Source: an uncultured Prolixibacteraceae bacterium (GTDB lineage: Bacteria > Bacteroidota > Bacteroidia > Bacteroidales > FEN-979). Taken from it: DNA of 64,000 bases. The notes under the pieces were generated by a model. It saw only the letters and a list, made by a program, of their open reading frames with translations, searched no databases and was not told the DNA's origin. Numbering within the stretch: position 1 is the first letter of the stretch; each line of letters begins with the position of its first letter. The stretch spans positions 59,143 to 123,142 of the forward strand of contig CAYYPH010000002.1 of assembly GCA_964473485.1 (NCBI GenBank). The letters are read 5' to 3'. This document shows positions 58,167-64,000 of the stretch, one piece after another. Both the position numbers and the translations under genes were made by a program.

Positions 58167-58756
58167 AATTGGATTATATAGGAGGTCAGACCCCTCTGGA
58201 TGAAATAGAGATTTCTGGTCTAAAGATCAAGACTATTACAACTGTCGGGGAGCTCAACGAACATGAACAGAACAATATTGAAGAGGCTTTTCATTGGGCG
58301 CTTAACCGGAAAATTCCCATAGAGACCCTATTAACCAGAGAATGGATTTACAACATGCATTACAGGATGTTTAATAATGTTTGGGATTGGGCCGGAGAAA
58401 AACGCACGTCAAATAAAAATATCGGAGTTGATAAATATGCTATTGAACCGGCATTAATCCACATGCTCGATGATATAAAGTATTGGATTGAAAATAGAAC
58501 TTTTGATCCTGTCGAAATTGCAATTCGATTTAAGCATAGATTGGTGTCAATCCATTGCTTCCCAAATGGCAATGGACGACATGCGAGGTTATGTGCTGAC
58601 ATACTGATAAAACAATTGACAGGGAGGGATGGCTTTACGTGGGGAAGTCATCACAGTCTATATCAGGAAAGCGAGTTACGGAGTGCTTACATCGATGCTT
58701 TAAAGAAAGCAGATACTGGTGATTACCAGCCATTAATTGAGTTTGCTTGTTCTTAA
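58157..58756 (+). CDS. 'mobile mystery protein B' (Fic-domain protein)
   Basis: Fic motif HCFPNGNGRHARL. Overlaps the upstream HTH gene by 10 nt. Confidence 0.85.
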   Translation: MGIKLDYIGGQTPLDEIEISGLKIKTITTVGELNEHEQNNIEEAFHWALNRKIPIETLLTREWIYNMHYRMFNNVWDWAGEKRTSNKNIGVDKYAIEPALIHMLDDIKYWIENRTFDPVEIAIRFKHRLVSIHCFPNGNGRHARLCADILIKQLTGRDGFTWGSHHSLYQESELRSAYIDALKKADTGDYQPLIEFACS

Positions 58757-58786
58757 GAATTCTCAATCGATTATAATGTATATTTT

Positions 58787-58809
58787 GGCAGTAAAGACAT
58801 TTTACTGCC
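58787..58809. terminator. hairpin between convergent genes
   Basis: ggcagtaaa / tttactgcc 9-bp stem flanked by T/A-rich runs. Confidence 0.5.
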
Positions 58810-58830
58810 GTTTAATAGAAATTGTTTTAA

Positions 58831-59259
58831 TTACCTCCGGTTTCTCAGGAAAAAAATTCCAAAGGCCAGTAATGCAATTAACCCGGAAATGAGCCAGGGG
58901 ATGGCTGATATAAGGTTGTCAAGTTTGTCGGAGCGGACAATCTTAATCTTTTCGACCGGGAATCGGCGATCGATATAGATGGTATCAGCCTTGCATTTTC
59001 CGCGAACGAATAAAGTATCATGAAGGCGATGAATGGCCACTTCAAGCCGGTCTTTGTGAATATAAACGGTGTCATGAATGCTGTCGATATTCAGGATTGT
59101 GTCAGCTTCAGCCTGGGGGATGGGTATTGAGTCCTTGATATACAGGGTATCGGGGATCTTTAATTCCGGGTGAAGAGCCAGAAGGCGGTGGAGGCGTTCG
59201 GTAGGGGAGCAAGATGTTGAAAGCAGGATGAGGATCAGGATTGAGAGGATGGTTTTCAT
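58831..59259 (-). CDS. lipoprotein with a C-terminal TM anchor (unimolecular-spanin-like)
   Basis: MKTILSILILILLSTSC lipoprotein-type signal and a C-terminal helix AIPWLISGLIALLAFGIFFL + RNRR. Last gene of the lysis-type cassette. Confidence 0.5.
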   Translation of the reverse strand: MKTILSILILILLSTSCSPTERLHRLLALHPELKIPDTLYIKDSIPIPQAEADTILNIDSIHDTVYIHKDRLEVAIHRLHDTLFVRGKCKADTIYIDRRFPVEKIKIVRSDKLDNLISAIPWLISGLIALLAFGIFFLRNRR

Positions 59260-59357
59260 GGGAGGGATTTTTGAATATCGAATATTGATCAACGAAATAC
59301 GAAGTATTCACGAACACCCGAAATAAATAAACATGATCGTGAGTAATTTTAAAATAC

Positions 59358-59918
59358 CTATAAATAAGCGTTCAGTCGGTTATACCAGCCGCGTTCAAAT
59401 CGACTTTGAGACGGATCCTTTTTGATGATGTTTACAATGAAGGCAACCCTGGCATTGTATACCTGGATCAGGAATTGATATGGATTCGCACGATTAACCG
59501 CTTTCAGGGTGGCTGGACCGACAATGCCATCGGCAGCAACTCCGAGGATCCTTTGGGGGATGATGATGCCCCATTTGCCGCTGCACCAAAGCCAGTCGAC
59601 CAGAATATCGGCCACCTTTTGACTCCGGATCTCATCGGCATGCCAGCGATCCCAGTAATATTTTCTGAGTACCATCAGGGAATCGTCTGCTGTGAGCAGA
59701 CGGATATCGTCGATATCGATATCGGAATCACCGTCTTTGTCATACCCTACTTTTTGCCAGGTGGAAAGGGTAACTCCCCTGTTGGTTGGACCTCCGTTAT
59801 CAATGGGGTCATTGCTGAACAACCCTTCACTCTGATAGAGTTTAATTGCGAGATGCTTGAAATCGGCCATCGTTTTGAATTTTAAGGATGATGGGTAATC
59901 AGGTTTAAAAGGATTCAA
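59358..59918 (-). CDS. GH108-family muramidase with peptidoglycan-binding C-terminal domain (endolysin-like)
   Basis: YQSEGLFSNDPIDNGGPTNRGVT (EGGxxxDPxDxGGxTxxGIT-type motif), and ...DGIVGPATLKAV in the PG_binding_3-like part. An alternative start is ATG 59870. Confidence 0.85.
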   Translation of the reverse strand: MNPFKPDYPSSLKFKTMADFKHLAIKLYQSEGLFSNDPIDNGGPTNRGVTLSTWQKVGYDKDGDSDIDIDDIRLLTADDSLMVLRKYYWDRWHADEIRSQKVADILVDWLWCSGKWGIIIPQRILGVAADGIVGPATLKAVNRANPYQFLIQVYNARVAFIVNIIKKDPSQSRFERGWYNRLNAYL

Positions 59919-60097
59919 CCCTTCGATGTTATTGTCAGGATGGTGTCCCGGACGTAAATGAGGCCGAGGATGGTGGGTAAAAAGGCTGTGAATTCACCCA
60001 GGGTGATAATTCTCATAAAAAGCAGAACTACCGCCAGGATCAACAATATGATGCCAAGGACGGTAGTTTTCCAGTTGTTAAAAATTCGCTCTTTCAT
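59915..60097 (-). CDS. 60-aa two-TM protein (holin-like)
   Basis: Two hydrophobic helices. Its stop abuts the muramidase start. Confidence 0.5.
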   Translation of the reverse strand: MKERIFNNWKTTVLGIILLILAVVLLFMRIITLGEFTAFLPTILGLIYVRDTILTITSKG

Positions 60098-60099
60098 GG

Positions 60100-60372
60100 T
60101 TATTTTGTATTTCTGAGGTAAATCTGAATTTCATCGATGCGCTTGAGGATCTCTTTGGTGTCGGCTTTGATGTCGGACCTGATGATGTCGAAGTTCCTGG
60201 TGTTGTCTGTCTTGTGCAGCAAAAGATCCTGTTTAAGGTTGGTAATTTCTACATTCAACTCTGCCAGACGGATTTCCATATGAACCCAAATAGAGACGAT
60301 TGCCAGCAGGAAGGTAAACAGACTAATTGCCTGCGCGAGTGGCATCCCCAGTATGTTCGATTTCATGGTCAT
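60100..60372 (-). CDS. 90-aa N-terminal-TM + coiled-coil protein (holin/antiholin-like)
   Basis: TM helix AISLFTFLLAIVSIWV followed by a charged helical tail. Lies 2 nt upstream of the 60-aa gene. Confidence 0.45.
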   Translation of the reverse strand: MTMKSNILGMPLAQAISLFTFLLAIVSIWVHMEIRLAELNVEITNLKQDLLLHKTDNTRNFDIIRSDIKADTKEILKRIDEIQIYLRNTK

Positions 60373-60449
60373 GGCATTTGAGTTTTTGTAAGTTTTGGAT
60401 TAAAAAAGTGCCCCTTTTCTTTGGAGCAGGGGCACTTTTATGGCACATA

Positions 60450-61106
60450 TTACTGGACGACACTGGCAGCATCCGCGCCAGCTTTGAACTGAATGATACC
60501 CTTCGGAGCTCCTGCAATGGTTTGCGAATAATCAAGGGTCATTACATGAAGGGCGGTTTGAGCGTCTACCCAATCGGCAGGGAGGTTAATCTCGGCAGAT
60601 CCGGCAGAACGGAGTTCAACATCGGGGAACAGGATCACCTTGTTGGTGGTGCAGTTGATCATGATGAAGGTCAGCGCCGAAGCCAGTTCATCGGGATTCA
60701 CCGTGTTCGGATTCCAGCTGAAATCAATCACCTGGTTGGGCAGTGAAGTCATCACGACGTTTGAAATCGTACTCCCTTCAAAATCACATAAAATGATCTT
60801 GGTGTGGTCGAGCACCGGTGGATCGCCGATAAAGGCGTTCTTTACATTGATGCTCACAATTTTGTTGAATGGGGACATTTTCTTCATCGTTCCGGCATAT
60901 ACCGAATTGATGAGGGGTAGAACCTGACGGATCAGGTACACAATGGTCGAAAACTTAGTCCGCTGGGTGGACTGAGCGATTGTGTTAGGATTCTTCACTC
61001 CTGCGGGTTTGGTGCGCATGGTATTCACACCAAACTGTTTGGAGAACACGGCAGTTCCGAACATTTTGCGGGTTCTGCCTGTGATGGGGTTTTGAACAAT
61101 TGCCAT
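60450..61106 (-). CDS. 218-aa protein of unknown function (possibly the Bacteroidota DUF6266-type family, from memory)
   Basis: Clean ORF. The N-terminal pattern ...G.T.KMFGTAV....G.N.MR.KP..V.NP.T..Q..QR.KF resembles that family. No enzymatic motif seen. Confidence 0.5.
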   Translation of the reverse strand: MAIVQNPITGRTRKMFGTAVFSKQFGVNTMRTKPAGVKNPNTIAQSTQRTKFSTIVYLIRQVLPLINSVYAGTMKKMSPFNKIVSINVKNAFIGDPPVLDHTKIILCDFEGSTISNVVMTSLPNQVIDFSWNPNTVNPDELASALTFIMINCTTNKVILFPDVELRSAGSAEINLPADWVDAQTALHVMTLDYSQTIAGAPKGIIQFKAGADAASVVQ

Positions 61107-61166
61107 GGTAGTTAGTTTTAAGGGTTAATACTGAATTAGTGGACTTGACACGGACTTGATACGGGT

Positions 61167-61319
61167 TTAATGCGGTCCGGGTCTTTTCCTTTTGTGCCTG
61201 ACGGCAAGCCTGTCAGTTTCCTTCACCGTGGTTGAAGGGTTTCTTTCGGCAAATTTCCTGGTGGTGTACTCACCATTGTCGGCACGACGGTACCGGCTTT
61301 TCTTTCTAATTGTTGACAT
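61167..61319 (-). CDS. 50-aa highly basic peptide
   Basis: MSTIRKKSRYRRADNGEYTTRKFAERNPSTTVKETDRLAVRHKRKRPGPH. The ATG is 39 nt downstream of a consensus -7 box and is the first gene of the minus-strand cassette. Confidence 0.4.
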   Translation of the reverse strand: MSTIRKKSRYRRADNGEYTTRKFAERNPSTTVKETDRLAVRHKRKRPGPH

Positions 61320-61357
61320 GACGTTGGGTTTTATGGTGAATGAATAATCAAGTATGA

Positions 61358-61365
61358 CAAATATA
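61358..61365 (-). promoter_or_regulatory. -7 box TATATTTG for the minus-strand cassette
   Basis: Exact TAnnTTTG on the minus strand upstream of ATG 61319. Confidence 0.4.
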
Positions 61366-61636
61366 CAGGCGTTCAAGTCAGATCCCATTAAATCATCTGA
61401 TTGATAGATATTTATGCATTAAATTGCATTGAAATGTTTCGAGGTAATCACGGGTAAACTGGCAGGATGTAATTATCGATGGTTCTAATTTTTTGGGGGA
61501 AATAGAAACCTGCAAAAAATCAAAATCTTAGGCGCCTTTGACCGTAGTAAAATTTGACGCGCAAGGCTGCCGGTCATTTTTTTACCCCTAAAAAAATAAA
61601 AATTTAAAAAAATGAAGGCACCCAAAGGGCACCGGC

Positions 61637-61669
61637 CTTGTGCGGCAATATTTTACGCAGGTATCTTTG
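61637..61669 (+). promoter_or_regulatory. candidate promoter CTTG-N21-TATCTTTG facing the structured block
   Basis: Exact -7 consensus at 61662-61669 and a -33-like CTTG at 61637-61640, ~55 nt upstream of module 1. Confidence 0.35.
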
Positions 61670-61725
61670 AATAAGATTTGGATTTTTAACGCTTCCGACA
61701 TGGCGAATGAATGACGGCATACTGC

Positions 61726-61841
61726 CCCCACTGCATGAACGCGAAGGATGAGCGTGAAATGCGGTGGGGACAATTGCCAGAGAACAAAGAATCACAACCC
61801 ACCAACCGGCGTTTTTTAAACGTGGGTTGGTGGTGGAGGTA
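61726..61841 (+). repeat. structured module copy 1
   Basis: Hairpin 61726-61769 with loop GAAGGATGA, hairpin 61799-61833, then TGGAGGTA at 61834-61841. Confidence 0.7.
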
Positions 61842-61855
61842 GCCAGCTGACCAAC

Positions 61856-61978
61856 TGCCACTTTATAAGCCCGAAGGATGAGGGCGAAATAATGTGGCAG
61901 GAACTGGCCGGAATTCCGAAAACCAACTGACATTAACCGGCCACGCACTTTAGTGGCGGGTTAATGGTGATGGAGGTA
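61856..61978 (+). repeat. structured module copy 2
   Basis: Hairpin 61856-61899 with the identical loop GAAGGATGA, hairpin 61931-61966, then TGGAGGTA at 61971-61978. Confidence 0.7.
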
Positions 61979-63125
61979 TACGTTGCTGCTCAAACTTCAT
62001 AAAGGCAATGCATTTACCGGTGCCGGAAAAAGGAAAATGGATAGCCAGTAACGCATTAAAGTAACTTTTATGGAGGGTGAGCGGAGCTCTCCTGACATGC
62101 GCCACTGGTTTTCAGCAATAAAATAGTACAAGGGAAATTGGTGCATGGCAAGGGTGCGTAGTGAAGCCCGGAATAACAAGTTATCCTTAATGGGTTACAG
62201 ATCGAGGTAAAAATGCTTTGCCATTACTCGTGGTCCTGAATAACCCCAACAGTTGGATTAACAGACAAGGGCAACTTGCTGTACCCGATTGGAGGTGGAT
62301 TCCGCTTTTCCGGCATCCGCCGGAATGAGTGGTGCAGTATGTTGCCCAATCAGGATTTACGCCCGGAATACGAAAGCTGATGGCTGCCGCCGTTTTTTCT
62401 TCAACGGGGGCTGGCAGCGACGAATGCTGGCGGACCTATGCTGCCGGTAAATTCAGGCCCGGGGCAATGAGCGGCGAGGATTGGGCTGGTGGAATAATTT
62501 ATTGAAAAGCCTGAGCCATCGCCAGCCCAAGACTGTGCAAGCCGCGAATGATATAGACTGATAATGCAGGCAGCAAACCCAAAAAACTCGTTTTACTTGT
62601 ACCGGAAAATGATGGCAAAGCACTTACTCAAACCTCTCGTACTACTAACGGGGATATTTAACATAATTTGGTTATAGGACAAGGCACACCCGGAAAAATA
62701 GATATGCAGTGCCTTGTACTATAACTACATGTTATGTTAATATAGCCCTATCTCGACCTACAAAGGGACATAGAATGCTGACTACCAGGGATGTTCCCAG
62801 TACGAAGGATGTTGCAACATCTTATGTGACAAGCTTTGGCAAATTCAAAATAAGGCTGTTTGGTAATACAATTCCGGGTAGTTGATACACCAAATAAACC
62901 TCCCAGCTGCAGAGCCGCGGGGTATCCTCGGGAATAACTTGCAGTAACCGGAAGCGGTGGGGAACTAACCCCAAATGCGATTAGAAAAAATACAATAACC
63001 AAAGTTAACAACCCCAAGCTGAAAATGTTAGAATATAATGAAGGAAACCGTACAACCCGGTGTAGGATTATTATGACAACATAAGCCATAAGAATCAACC
63101 AGAGGTATTAATTCGGAAAAAGCAA

Positions 63126-63572
63126 TCATTTCATATTTTTATTTATCCTCATCAACACTTGCAGAGTCCTCTTGTCTTTATCACCAAAAAAGAATTTACG
63201 GAGTACCTGGTTAAACAGTGACTTTTCATCTTTATCAATCACGCTAAACAAAGTCATTGAAGATTTCAGCTTTATATCGTCGGGACTACCGAAAATGTCA
63301 AAAGCCGATTTCCCTTCAATTTTCAATAATGCAGAGGTTAATTCTGCTAAACGACTTCCTAAAATGGGATGGGCGAGATATTGCCTTGTTTCTTCAAGGT
63401 CTCTTAATCCATAATATTGGGCTTCCCGGCTTAAACCTAACCCTTGAATCTGTGGAAAGATAAACCACATCCATCCGCTTTGTTTTTGACCATTTTTAAT
63501 CTCCTCAAGCACATTTCCGTAAGTATATTCTTGAGCCCTTAGAAAACGGTTTAAGTTATATGATACCTGCAT
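63126..63572 (-). CDS. DUF1810-family protein
   Basis: NLNRFLRAQEYTYGNVLEEIKNGQKQSGWMWFIFPQIQGLGLS...AHPILGSRL is the characteristic DUF1810 pattern. Confidence 0.85.
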   Translation of the reverse strand: MQVSYNLNRFLRAQEYTYGNVLEEIKNGQKQSGWMWFIFPQIQGLGLSREAQYYGLRDLEETRQYLAHPILGSRLAELTSALLKIEGKSAFDIFGSPDDIKLKSSMTLFSVIDKDEKSLFNQVLRKFFFGDKDKRTLQVLMRINKNMK

Positions 63573-64000
63573 GAATCTTTATACAAATAGGAACTGTTCA
63601 TTATGATCTCAGAAGATTTTTAATGGTCATATGGACTAAGATAAAAACATCCTTATGCCAATCTTGTACGCCAAAAATAAAAAAACATTAGCAACATCAT
63701 CGACAGAATCGATGCATTTTAAAAGAAATATTATTCTGAAAAAATATTTATCTTCCAATCTTGGATTCAATCTGTTTTTTATTACTACATTTAACATGCT
63801 CATTATTAGGAGTGAAGAGTTATGGTGAAACCAATACATTTTTTTTGCTGCATTATTGAATATCAGGATGATTTGATTATGATAAAATTCGCAGGAACTT
63901 ATGTGGTCTAGTTATGGTTACTATGGGACATGAGCCTCACGAACAAAAAGAATCTCAAAATAGCATCAAAATCTAACAAAAAGTATTTTGGTCAAACTTG

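Larger units (their letters stand above)
61676..63100 (+). ncRNA. candidate large structured non-coding RNA (family not identified; strand and ends tentative)
   Basis: No credible CDS in six frames, a dense set of hairpins, and two tandem modules with compensatory base-pair changes. Wobble pairs favour the plus strand. See findings. Confidence 0.4.
56151..64000. mobile_element. integrase-associated integrative element (prophage remnant / satellite-like); right end not identified in the window
   Basis: tRNA-fragment junction, tyrosine integrase, Fic/HTH 'mobile mystery' pair, lysis-type cassette, and AT-rich composition unlike the flanking chromosome. Confidence 0.55.

Noticed and set aside
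61588-61948. Minus-strand ORFs 61588-61773 (61 aa) and 61604-61948 (114 aa) as genes.
   Set aside because: They overlap each other and run through the covarying hairpin modules. Differences between the two modules preserve base pairing rather than any reading frame, and the translations have no recognisable features.
61971-62050. 22-codon ORF (TTG 61982) following the GGAGGT motif of module 2.
   Set aside because: It would use a non-ATG start. Module 1 has no equivalent ORF after its GGAGGT, so the motif is not explained as a ribosome-binding site.
62040-62115. Cobalamin-riboswitch-like fragments (GCCACTGG at ~62101, GGTGCCGGAAAAAGGAA at ~62019).
   Set aside because: These are only short chance-level matches. 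The rest of the B12 aptamer core is not present in order, and no downstream regulated gene exists.
62748-63098. 116-aa minus-strand ORF with hydrophobic stretches.
   Set aside because: It has no promoter box, motif or start context, and it lies in the same hairpin-rich block (which includes a third GAAGGATG motif at 62803). This is a weak rejection, and the ORF could still be real.
63636-63839. 67-aa minus-strand ORF in the AT-rich DNA at the window end.
   Set aside because: The translation is a low-complexity product of AT-rich sequence, with no motif or promoter.

Overview
This is a Bacteroidota-type chromosomal segment. The evidence is TAnnTTTG -7 promoter boxes, T9SS C-terminal sorting domains, a Bat operon and the gene order. 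No database search was run; every call comes from reading the sequence and the translated ORFs.

Left third: housekeeping genes, then a complete minus-strand dcw division/cell-wall cluster (mraZ-rsmH-ftsL-ftsI-murE-mraY-murD'-ftsW-murG::murC-ftsQ-ftsA-ftsZ-yqeY). It has two oddities. murD is only a 182-aa C-terminal fragment, and murG and murC form a single 916-aa ORF. A textbook 3 x 10-bp MraZ operator lies upstream of mraZ.

Middle:
- two large T9SS cargo proteins, one carrying an in-frame simple-repeat insertion
- a sigma-54 response regulator without an HTH domain
- an AT-rich Fic + methyltransferase islet
- ssrA (tmRNA)
- a gpsA-like gene coupled to a TPR/PAS histidine kinase
- a 5-gene polysaccharide locus
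- nadC and rlmH
- the Bat aerotolerance operon (moxR, DUF58, membrane protein, batA, batB::batC, batD, batE)
- a third T9SS protein, pyrE and a NUDIX gene

Right end (56.15 kb to the window edge): an integrase-associated element that begins at a tRNA 3'-end fragment. It carries 'mobile mystery protein' A/B (HTH + Fic). It also carries a minus-strand lysis-type cassette (TM/holin-like proteins, GH108 muramidase, lipoprotein+TM u-spanin-like protein) headed by two unknown ORFs.

The most interesting object in the window is also in this element: a ~1.4 kb ORF-free, hairpin-dense block. Its two tandem ~130-nt modules keep five helices complementary through compensatory changes, which makes it a candidate large structured RNA.
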